Assembly (NCBI GenBank): GCA_963843885.1
Contig: CAWJMJ010000016.1
Span: forward strand, 193,168-257,167
Reading direction: 5' to 3'
Source: an uncultured Acidobacteriota bacterium
GTDB taxonomy: Bacteria > Acidobacteriota > Vicinamibacteria > Vicinamibacterales > UBA2999
Length of the DNA: 64,000 nucleotides
Position numbers and translations under genes: made by a program. Numbering within the stretch: the first letter of the stretch is position 1; each line of letters begins with the position of its first letter. The notes under the pieces are model-generated. The model had not been told where the DNA came from, made no database searches, and worked only from the letters and a program-made list of their open reading frames with translations. Shown piece after piece: positions 22,129-30,069 of this stretch.

Positions 22129-22177
22129 AGGGCCAAACGGTGCGCCATTGTAACCGGCGCGGTGCCGGTTCCATGGC

Positions 22178-24112
22178 TCACGGCACCTTGACGAAGACCT
22201 CGTTCGAGGGCCGGCTCAGCCCGCACGCGTTCTGGGCCAGCACGCGCACGTAGTAGTCGCCGTTGGGCGCGTTGCCGGCCAGGGCCGTGGCGGTGGTGCC
22301 GGTGGCGGAGACGACCAGGTTGCTGAGGCCAGGCGCGCTGCCGACCGCGAACGTGTAGCCGGTTGGCGGTGTGCCGGCCGGGGCGGTCCACGTGAAGGTC
22401 AGGAACGAGCCGTTCTTGGTGAAGGCAAGGTTGGTGGGCGGCTGCGGCACGGCGGTGCACGCCGCTACGGTGAGCACGATCTCGTTCGAGGGCGCGCTGA
22501 AGCCGCACACGTTGCTGGACTGCACGCGCACGTAGTAAGTGCCGTAGGCGACGTTGCCGCTGAGGCTGGTGACGCTGGCCGGATAGTCCTGGACGCCCAG
22601 GTTGGCGAGGCCAGGGCCGGTCCCCGCCAGCAGGCGATAGCCCTGGACCATGCCGGTCGAGGGCGCCGTCCATTGCAAGTTGACCAGCGTGTCGTTCGAC
22701 GATCCGGAGAGCGTGCCGGGCGGGCCCGGCGGCGTGCAGGCCCCCACGGTGACGGCCCGTTCGACCGAGGACAGGCTCGTGCCCAACGCGTTCTGGGCGC
22801 GGACCCGCAAGTAGTAGGTGCCGGCCGGCACATTGGGGATCGCGGTCGAGGTCACCGAGGCTGGATAGGTGGCCGAGCCCAGGTTGTAGACGCCGGGGGT
22901 GTTCCCCGCATCGAGGATATAGCGTTGGGCCACGCCGCCCGTCGATGCCGGCGTCCACGACAGCGTGATGGTCGAGAGGACCGCGGCGACGGTGAAGTTG
23001 GTGGGCGGGTCGGGCATCTTCGTTTCGGCGGCGATGCCCCGGTATATGGTGGTGATGCCGTTGACGTCGTCGGCGTCCAAGCCGCTCGGCGCCGTCGTGC
23101 AGCTGCCCTTGGGATTCGGCGCCATCATCGCCGTCGGGACGTTCGAGTGGCCGAGGCCGAGCGCGTGGCCGAGCCCGTGGGCCACCGCGTCCTCGAAGCA
23201 GCCGGGCGCGGTTGATTGCACGCCGGAGTCGTTGAGCACGACGAAGCCCTGGATGAACTTCTGGAACTCCGTGCCGTTGACGATGCGCCGGTCGCCGGTC
23301 GTGTAATAGCCGCCGCCGACCACCCAATCGTTGACGCCGCCGCACGGGTCGTTGAACGAAACCGCGATGCGGCCGTTGCCGGTGAAGTCGGCCGAGCAGC
23401 CCCCGGTATAGGCGCCGCCCACCTGCAGGTCGAGGTCCATGCCGGAGTTCCGCCACAGGTTGACGGCGGCGGTGAATCGCTGGGGCGTGGCATGCGTCCA
23501 GGTCGCGGGCACTGTCCCGGCGTCGACCACGACCGCGGTGCGCTGATCCACCTCGTGCCAGCGCGCCGGATAGCTGTCCGTGCTCAGGAACGCGAAGCGC
23601 GGGCCAGGCTGTCGCGTGAAGGCCGCGTACTCCGGCGGCACCGCGTCGTAGTGCTGCAAAAGTGCTCGGGGCCGGGCCGCCAGCTCGCGCTCGACGGCCG
23701 CCGCGAGGCCGGCGTCGTAGGCCCACTTGCCGCGGCCGAGGCCAACGGTGTGCAGGGTCCGCTCGGCGCCGCTGGTGGTGAGGGCCACCAGTACGTCCTC
23801 ACCGACGCGGAAGGCGGCCTGCTCGGGCAGCCACAAGCCGATGCCGCCGGCCTCGCCGCCACGCTGCTTGAGCACGAGCCGCGGCGGCACATCCTGGCCC
23901 AGGAGCACCCGCGCCACGTCGAGCGCAACGTAGGTGTGAATGGTGCGGCCCTGGTCGTCCCAGCGCGCTTCCAGGCTCGCCACGCGGCCGCTCACGACCA
24001 GCGTGCCGGCAGGCGCCTCGGGCAGCAGCGCGGCCGGCTGCGCCAGCGCCGGGGCAACGGAAAGGACGGCGAGGAGCGGCAATACGAGCGTGGCAACAGT
24101 CGGAGGGGTCAT
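22178..24112 (-). CDS. secreted matrixin-like (M10 metzincin fold) protein with Glu-to-Gly in the zinc motif, followed by three Fn3-like modules
   Basis: Intact 644-aa ORF with signal peptide LPLLAVLSVAPALAQP. Residues 312-322 read HGLGHALGLGH, against the metzincin motif HExxHxxGxxH, followed by S and the Met-turn AMM. The C-terminal ~280 aa are three ~90-aa modules, e.g. PPTNLAFTKNGSFLTFTWTAPAG...GDYYVRVLAQNACGLSRPSNEV. Confidence 0.7.
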   Translation of the reverse strand: MTPPTVATLVLPLLAVLSVAPALAQPAALLPEAPAGTLVVSGRVASLEARWDDQGRTIHTYVALDVARVLLGQDVPPRLVLKQRGGEAGGIGLWLPEQAAFRVGEDVLVALTTSGAERTLHTVGLGRGKWAYDAGLAAAVERELAARPRALLQHYDAVPPEYAAFTRQPGPRFAFLSTDSYPARWHEVDQRTAVVVDAGTVPATWTHATPQRFTAAVNLWRNSGMDLDLQVGGAYTGGCSADFTGNGRIAVSFNDPCGGVNDWVVGGGYYTTGDRRIVNGTEFQKFIQGFVVLNDSGVQSTAPGCFEDAVAHGLGHALGLGHSNVPTAMMAPNPKGSCTTAPSGLDADDVNGITTIYRGIAAETKMPDPPTNFTVAAVLSTITLSWTPASTGGVAQRYILDAGNTPGVYNLGSATYPASVTSTAIPNVPAGTYYLRVRAQNALGTSLSSVERAVTVGACTPPGPPGTLSGSSNDTLVNLQWTAPSTGMVQGYRLLAGTGPGLANLGVQDYPASVTSLSGNVAYGTYYVRVQSSNVCGFSAPSNEIVLTVAACTAVPQPPTNLAFTKNGSFLTFTWTAPAGTPPTGYTFAVGSAPGLSNLVVSATGTTATALAGNAPNGDYYVRVLAQNACGLSRPSNEVFVKVP

Positions 24113-24139
24113 CGTCTTCCAGTCATACCACGGGTGTGG

Positions 24140-25795
24140 CTACGGGTTATGGGGCGGGCGCGCGATGGCCGTTCCCGGCGTGGCGTGGGCCAGGGGTGCG
24201 GCCGGCGGCGCTGCGGGACAGCCGAGGTCGAACAGCCGATAGCGATCGTGCGCGTAGGACAGCTCGATGCTACGCCGCCGCGCCAGGTCAACGGCCATCT
24301 GCGGTTGCGTGGCCTCGAGCGCCGGCCAGTCGGCCACGGCCACGAAGCACACCCCGCGCCGGTCGTGCAGGTAGTCGACCACGGCCGGCGAGATCGATGT
24401 CGCGTCGAAGCTCCAGCCCTTGCGATGCGCGAAATAGAGCAGCATCGGCGAGTTGCTGCCGTAGCGCTCGTACTCCACGGTGGCGATGAGCGCGTCTGGC
24501 GGCGTCACCTGGTCGATGGCCCATCCGGCGTCGACCACGGCCTGGTTCAGGTTGTCCGGCCGGTAGAGATACGAGATGGCGCCGCTGTCGCCGAAGCCCA
24601 TGACGGCGGTGGCCACCAGGGCGGCGCTGGTCGCGGCCGCCACCGCGTGCCGCCAGGTTCCGAAGCGCGTGTAGAAGGGCCACGAGAAGAGCGGCGCCGC
24701 GGCCATCCCGAAGTAGAGCGCCAAGGGCGGCAGCGTGGGCAGTTGGTGGAACTCGTGCGGCAGCTGGCCGGCAAGCGACACGGCCACGAGCGACAGCGCG
24801 GCCAGCATCCACACGTCCACGACCGAACGCGCCCGGCCGGACCAGCGCCAGCTGGCGAGACCGGCCAGGGTGAGCAGCGTGAACACGGGCGTGAGGTGCA
24901 GCGCCCAGTAGCGCCGGGCCAGTTCGCTGGCCGTGTCCCAAGTGAGCAGGTCGCGACGCGTCCAGTGCGACACGGTCGTGAACGGCCCGGCAAACTGCGC
25001 GATGTCGCCGGGATAGGTGCCGGAGGGACGGAGGATGGCCTGCGTGAGCCCCGTTTCCAGAAAAATCTGGTCGGCGTGCAGGTACCAGAGCGCAATGGCA
25101 CCCACGGCAGCCAGCGGCGCGGCCACGAACCACGGGTCGGCCAGGGTCCGGCGCAGGCCCCTGCTGGCCAGGCCGGTCCACACCACCGGTCCGAGGACCA
25201 GGATGGCCGGCAGCTTGACCAGGCCGGCCAGCGCCAGGGCCACCGCGCCGAAGAACGCGTGTCGCCACTGGCCCGTCTGCGTGTAGGCCACGTAGCCAAG
25301 CACCGCCGCCACCGAAAAGGCCAGCATGGGCGTGTCGGAGAGCGGCGTGCGGCCGAAATACACCACGCTCGGCGACACGGCCATGAGGAAGGCGGCCGCC
25401 CGTCCGGCCGGCTGGCTGAAGAGGCGAGTGCCCAGCCGGTAGGTCCACCACACCGTGGCCAGCGAGAAGCCCACGGGCACGAGCCGCCCGGCCACGTCGC
25501 TGATGCCGGCCATACGCCACGCCAGCGCCATGAGCAGGTGCAGCAGAGGGAACTCGAGCCCGACGCGGCCATCGGGGCCACCCCAGCTCACGGAGGGATA
25601 GAAGAAATCGATCGGCCCTTCGGTCCACAACCGCGCGATGTCGGCGTTGGTGACCTGGCGCCAGCTATGGGCGTCGATGAACGGAACGTCGATGCGGTAG
25701 AGACGGAAAGCCAGGGCCAGCGCGAGGATGGCCAGCGCGCACCAGTCCACGCGCTGCCCGGCGCGGGAGGACACGGCGGAATCGGGTGACGTCAC
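24140..25795 (-). CDS. GT-C fold membrane glycosyltransferase (PMT_2 / ArnT-like, GT39/GT83-type)
   Basis: Intact 551-aa ORF with many hydrophobic segments. The N-terminus ALAFRLYRIDVPFIDAHSWRQV...LVPVGFSLATVWWTYRLGTRLF...AAFLMAVSPSVVYFGR is typical of the ArnT/PMT family. Confidence 0.7.
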   Translation of the reverse strand: MTSPDSAVSSRAGQRVDWCALAILALALAFRLYRIDVPFIDAHSWRQVTNADIARLWTEGPIDFFYPSVSWGGPDGRVGLEFPLLHLLMALAWRMAGISDVAGRLVPVGFSLATVWWTYRLGTRLFSQPAGRAAAFLMAVSPSVVYFGRTPLSDTPMLAFSVAAVLGYVAYTQTGQWRHAFFGAVALALAGLVKLPAILVLGPVVWTGLASRGLRRTLADPWFVAAPLAAVGAIALWYLHADQIFLETGLTQAILRPSGTYPGDIAQFAGPFTTVSHWTRRDLLTWDTASELARRYWALHLTPVFTLLTLAGLASWRWSGRARSVVDVWMLAALSLVAVSLAGQLPHEFHQLPTLPPLALYFGMAAAPLFSWPFYTRFGTWRHAVAAATSAALVATAVMGFGDSGAISYLYRPDNLNQAVVDAGWAIDQVTPPDALIATVEYERYGSNSPMLLYFAHRKGWSFDATSISPAVVDYLHDRRGVCFVAVADWPALEATQPQMAVDLARRRSIELSYAHDRYRLFDLGCPAAPPAAPLAHATPGTAIARPPHNP

Positions 25796-25862
25796 GGGTA
25801 CGAAGCCAGGGGCGGACCGGTGCTCCGCGTCCGCCCCTCGGCTCTCGATGTCCTGACCGATG

Positions 25863-27189
25863 CTAGGGGACGAACCCGGCCTGGAGGAATGGCTGCAGCG
25901 TCCAGCGCGCCCCGAAGCTCACCGCCGGCGGGTTGGGGCTCGTGATCTCGGTGGCCTGGCCGGTGGGATTCGGACCGCAGTGGCCCCCGATGACATCCCA
26001 GGCGCGGACCTTGAACGTGCCCTCGTCGCCCTCATCGCCCCAGTTGTAGGTGATGACGTCCTGCGACATGTCGCCGACGTTGGCGCGCTTCCAGTTCAGG
26101 CCCCAGCGCTTGTCGCGCTCGCGCAGCTTCGACACGAGACGGAACAGCCAGCGGTTGTTGCCGCCGAACTCGTGGCAGGAGTTGCGCAGGTCGGCGGGAT
26201 AGGCCGCCGCGATCTCGCGCACGACGCCAAGGACGTAGCGACGGCGCCGGCAGCGCCGTCCCGGGCGCGGGATCGGCGGCGCGAGGCTGCATCTTGAGCG
26301 AGTTCTGGTCGACCACGATGTTGGCCGAGGCCGCCGGCCCCTGCGCGCCGCACGCGAACACCGCGGCGACGTCGAGGCGCCACACGCCCTCGGGCAGCGT
26401 GTTGCTGAAGCGGGTGACGGCCGCGCCCACCGGAACCGACCCGATGGCGGCGCCGCCCTGATAGCCGGTCAGCACATATCCGGCCGCGCCGGGAACCGGG
26501 GTCCACGACACGCTGACGAAGCCGCCGAAGACGCTCGTCGACAGCGCCGGCGCGGGGGGCGTGTCACACGCGCCGCCGGCCGGCATGTTCAGCGTGAACT
26601 CCGGCGAGTCGGGGCTTTCGCCGCCGGCGTTGACCGCCACGACGCGGAAGTAGAACGTGCCGGCGGGCATGGGGCCGTAGGCAAAGATGTTCGTGCCCAG
26701 GTTGAGCACGGCATCGCTGCCGCCGGGGTTGACCCCGGCCTTGAGCCGGTAGCCGAGCGGCGCGCCGCCGCCCGCCCCGGGACTCCAGGTGGCCACGATG
26801 CTCGTGCCGTTGCGCGCCACGACCAGGTTCGTGGGCGCCGCCGGAGGCGTCGCCAGGGTGGTGACCGTGCCCGACACTTCGTTGGAATACTGCAGGCCGC
26901 CAGCGGTGACGGCGATGACCCGCGCGTAGAACGTGCCGACCGCCGGAGCCACCACGGCACTGGTCGTGACATTGCCGACGCTGAGAGAACCCAGGTATGC
27001 GCCCGGGACGACCCCGGCTTGGAGCACGTAATCGGTCGCGCCCGCCGTGGCGCTCCATGTGAACGTCACGTTTGCGCCCGACACCGCGGGGGCGTTCATG
27101 ACCGGCGCCTGCCGCGCTTCAGCCATCCCCGCCATGACGACCGACACCGCGATGGCGGCAAGAGCTACTGACCGTGAGACTACGTGCAT
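25863..27189 (-). CDS. secreted protein: signal peptide + three Fn3-like modules + conserved C-terminal domain of unknown function (paralog 1; one frame break near 26.24 kb)
   Basis: Start MHVVSRSVALAAIAVSVVMAGMAEA with SD AAGGAGAG upstream. The modules lie in ORF 26032..27333 and the C-terminal domain in ORF 25863..26222. The 1327-nt span (3n+1) agrees with a one-base indel. Confidence 0.75.
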
Positions 27190-27334
27190 CCTGACTCTCC
27201 TTGTTCGACTTCCGCAGGCCGGCGAGTGGCACCGGGCACGGACTGTTGCTCGACCATGCTTCCAGGGGAAGAATGGCCCGGGGGAGTCTAACACGGCTGG
27301 CAGGACCGCGCAGTTCCGCTCCACACACGACAAA

Positions 27335-27366
27335 GCCCGTCGCCTCTCGGGGGAGAGACGACGGGC
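27335..27366 (-). terminator. hairpin downstream of Fn3 paralog 2
   Basis: The minus strand reads GCCCGTCGTCTCTC-CCCC-GAGAGGCGACGGGC followed by TTTGTCGTGTG (imperfect stem, short U-tract). Confidence 0.45.
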
Positions 27367-27390
27367 CGGTCGTCGGGCGAGGCCGAACGG

Positions 27391-28716
27391 CTAGGGTACC
27401 GCCGGGAAGCCGGCTTGCAGGTAGGGCTGCAAGGTCCACTTCGCGCCGGTGGACCACAGCACGGTCTGGTTGATCCACGCGGGCGTGGGGTTGCTGCCGC
27501 AGTGGCCGCCGATGACGTCGACCGCATGCACGTAGAGCGTGCCCTCGTCGTTCTCGGGGCCGTAGTTGTAGGTGATGATGTCCTGCGACAGGTCGCCGGT
27601 GCGGGCGCGCTTCCAGTTGAGGCCCCAGCGCGTGTCCTCGCGCCGCAGGCGCTCGACCAGGCGGAACAGCCAGATGTTGTTGCCGCCGTGTTCCACGCAC
27701 GAGTTCCGCAGTTCATTGGGATAGCGGCGCGCGATCTCTTCGACGACGGCGGCGCGGTTGGGGAGCGGCAAATAGTTGGGCGGCGTCGGCGCCGGTGGAT
27801 TCGGCGTCCGGTTGCCCGACCCGCCCGAGCCGGTCACGACGATGGTCGCGTCGGCCGAGGTCGCGATGGCCCCGCAGGCATTGGCCACGGTGACGCGGGC
27901 GTAGTAGGTGCCGGTCGGGACACCGGGGTAGGACGCGGCGGTCTGCGACGGCGCGAAGGTCTGGCTGTGGGCCGCGGCGCCGCCTGGCGAGGTCGAGAAG
28001 TCGAGGCGGTAACCAATCGCTCCGGGCACCGGCGACCAGCCGACGCCAACCGTCGAGCCGCTGACCTGAACCTGCACGGCCGGCGCCGAGGGGGTGACAC
28101 ACGCCGCCGGCGAGACGACCAGTTGCACCTCGTTCGACGCGCCGCTGGTCCCGCCGGCGCTGACGGCGTGCATGCGGGCGTAGTAGGTTCCAGGGGGCAC
28201 GTTCTCGAGTGAGGACTGCGGGGCGATTGGCATCGGCAGGACACCCTGCGTCTGGCCGGGCGCGCCACCGGCGGCGAGGAGGATGCCGCTGAGCGGTCCG
28301 GGCGGCAAGGTCATGCTGAAGGTGATGGTGGTGCCCGACACCGTCGCGGAGAGACCGGTCGGAGGCTGGGGCGGCCCTTGCACCGAGGTTACCGTCACCT
28401 CCACGACGTTCGACGAGGCGCTCTGGCCCTGCGCGTTACGGGCCAGCACCCGCAGGTAGAACCTCCCTTGGGGCGCCTGGACGGAGAACGATGTCAGTCC
28501 TCCCAGTTCGTAGCCGGCCAGCATCAGGCCGGGCGTGGTCCCGGCCTCGGCCCGGTAGCTGGTGGCACCGGGCACGGCGGTCCAGGCGGCCGACACCGTC
28601 TGGCCGTTGGCCTGGGCTTGGAGGACCGGGGCGGCCAGTTGGGCGGCCGCCAGCGAAGGAAGAGCCAGGGCGACGAGAGCGGCGATGCAAGCGCGGGCAC
28701 ACGAGTTCATGAACAC
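27391..28716 (-). CDS. secreted protein: signal peptide + three Fn3-like modules + conserved C-terminal domain of unknown function (paralog 2, intact)
   Basis: Intact 441-aa ORF with signal peptide CIAALVALALPSLAAAQ. Three ~90-aa modules (W..VPGA.SY...G..PG....RFYLRV.A.N..G.S..SN). C-terminal domain LRNSCVEHGGNNIWLFRLV...RWGLNWKR...DVIGGHCG...WTLQPYLQAGF. Confidence 0.8.
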   Translation of the reverse strand: MFMNSCARACIAALVALALPSLAAAQLAAPVLQAQANGQTVSAAWTAVPGATSYRAEAGTTPGLMLAGYELGGLTSFSVQAPQGRFYLRVLARNAQGQSASSNVVEVTVTSVQGPPQPPTGLSATVSGTTITFSMTLPPGPLSGILLAAGGAPGQTQGVLPMPIAPQSSLENVPPGTYYARMHAVSAGGTSGASNEVQLVVSPAACVTPSAPAVQVQVSGSTVGVGWSPVPGAIGYRLDFSTSPGGAAAHSQTFAPSQTAASYPGVPTGTYYARVTVANACGAIATSADATIVVTGSGGSGNRTPNPPAPTPPNYLPLPNRAAVVEEIARRYPNELRNSCVEHGGNNIWLFRLVERLRREDTRWGLNWKRARTGDLSQDIITYNYGPENDEGTLYVHAVDVIGGHCGSNPTPAWINQTVLWSTGAKWTLQPYLQAGFPAVP

Positions 28717-28740
28717 CTCGGGAAAAGTCGTGTCGGACTA

Positions 28741-28756
28741 TGCCAAGGTGATGCCA
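28741..28756 (-). promoter_or_regulatory. sigma-54-like -24/-12 element upstream of Fn3 paralog 2
   Basis: The minus strand reads TGGCATCACCTTGGCA. The GG and GC are correctly spaced, with one mismatch in the -12 TTGC. It lies ~25-30 nt upstream of the start codon region. Confidence 0.35.
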
Positions 28757-28920
28757 GACCAAGGCTCCAGTAAACTCGCACGTTAACGTCTCGGCGGGCG
28801 CGGGCCCAGACGCGAATGACACTATTGGTGACGGCTGGCTGACGGTACGGGGACGCTTGCCTGACGACTCCCCGTTGGGTCGCGACGCCACGTGAGTGCA
28901 GGCCGCAACCCGCCCGCCGA

Positions 28921-28926
28921 TATACT
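28921..28926 (+). promoter_or_regulatory. candidate -10 box (TATACT) 10 nt upstream of the pfkA ATG
   Basis: TATACT-GAGTAACTCA-ATG with no Shine-Dalgarno sequence. Confidence 0.35.
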
Positions 28927-28936
28927 GAGTAACTCA

Positions 28937-30017
28937 ATGTCTCCAGAACATCGCAAGATTGGCGTGCTTACCGGCGGCGGCGACGCTCCCGGCCTCAATG
29001 CGGTCATCCGCGCCGTGGTCAAGGCCGGGTGCAACGCCGGCATGGAGGTCATCGGCCTCGAAGACAGCTTCGACGGCCTGCTCGACCCGAGCCGCTCCCG
29101 CCCGCTCACGCCGCACGACGTCACCGGCATCCTGCGGCTGGGCGGCACCATCCTGGGCACGACCAACAGCGGCAACCCCTTCGAGTACCCCACCGAAGCG
29201 GGGAAGGCCGACTACTCCGACCGGGTGGTGCAGACCTTCGGTGAAGATGGGACTGGACGCCCTGGTGGTGATTGGCGGCGACGGCACGCTCGCCATCGCC
29301 CACCAGTTCTACCTCAAGGGCATCCCCGTCGTGGGCGTGCCCAAGACCATCGACAACGACATCGTCGGCACGACCAGCTGCTTCGGCTTCGATACCGCGG
29401 TGTCCTTTGCCGCCGACGCCATCGACCGGCTGCACACCACCGCCGAGGCGCACAAGCGCATCATGGTCGTCGAGGTGATGGGCCGCTATGCCGGCTGGAT
29501 TGCGCTGCACGCCGGCATCGCCGGCGGCGCCGACGTCATCCTGATCCCCGAATGCCCTACGACGTCGAGAAGGTCGCCGAGCACATCCGCAAGCGCGATG
29601 AATGGGGCGCGCGCTTCAGCATCGTCGTGGTGGCCGAGGGCGCCAAGCCGGTGGGCGGGAAACTGACGCTGCGGTCGGAGGCGCGCCCGGGCGTGGTCGA
29701 GCGGCTGGGCGGCGTGGGCGGCCACCTGGCCGAGGCGCTGCAGAAGCTGACGGGGAAGGAAAGCCGCAGCGTGCGTGCTCGGGCACCTGCAGCGTGGCGG
29801 CTCGCCGACGCCGTTCGACCGCGTGCTGGCCACGCGCTTCGGCGCCAAGGCCGTGGAGCTGGTGCGCCGCGGCGTGTTCGGCCGGATGGTCGCGAACAAC
29901 CCGCCGGACATCGTCCACATCCCGCTCTCGGATGTCGTCGGGCGGTGCAAGACCGTGCCGCTCGATTACGACCTGCTCGCGACGGCCCGGGCGCTGGGCG
30001 TCTCGTTCGGCGACTGA
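28937..30017 (+). CDS. pfkA: 6-phosphofructokinase (ATP- or PPi-dependent), three frame breaks
   Basis: [81 protein letters not shown]. Confidence 0.88.
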
Positions 30018-30045
30018 CGGCGGGCCGCCGGGCGGCTGCCGTCAG
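30014..30045. terminator. GC-rich hairpin between convergent pfkA and thrC
   Basis: CTGACGGC (30014-30021) pairs with GCCGTCAG (30038-30045). There is no U-tract on either side. Confidence 0.3.
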
Positions 30046-30069
30046 GCCGGTGCGGTCCGGCGGCTGGCG

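Noticed and set aside
22065-23726. 553-aa ORF on the minus strand, out of frame with the matrixin-like gene
   Set aside because: It is an alternative frame of a gene whose main frame carries a signal peptide, a zinc motif and Fn3 modules. The alternative frame is Arg/Gly/Pro-rich.
23216-25789. 857-aa ORF on the plus strand
   Set aside because: It runs antisense to the GT-C and matrixin-like genes. Its Arg/Gly/His-rich composition is typical of stop-free antisense frames in very GC-rich DNA, and the minus-strand genes have clear family motifs.
25808-25838. Hairpin AGGGGCGGA-(13 nt)-TCCGCCCCT between paralog 1 and the GT-C gene, considered as a terminator
   Set aside because: It has no U-tract on the minus strand and only 67 nt separate the genes, so it is more likely an intra-operon structure. 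I did not call it as a feature.
27309-27323. Sigma-54-like element upstream of Fn3 paralog 1 (minus strand TGGAGCGGAACTGC)
   Set aside because: The GG-to-GC spacing is one nt shorter than canonical. It could only work if an indel error is present.
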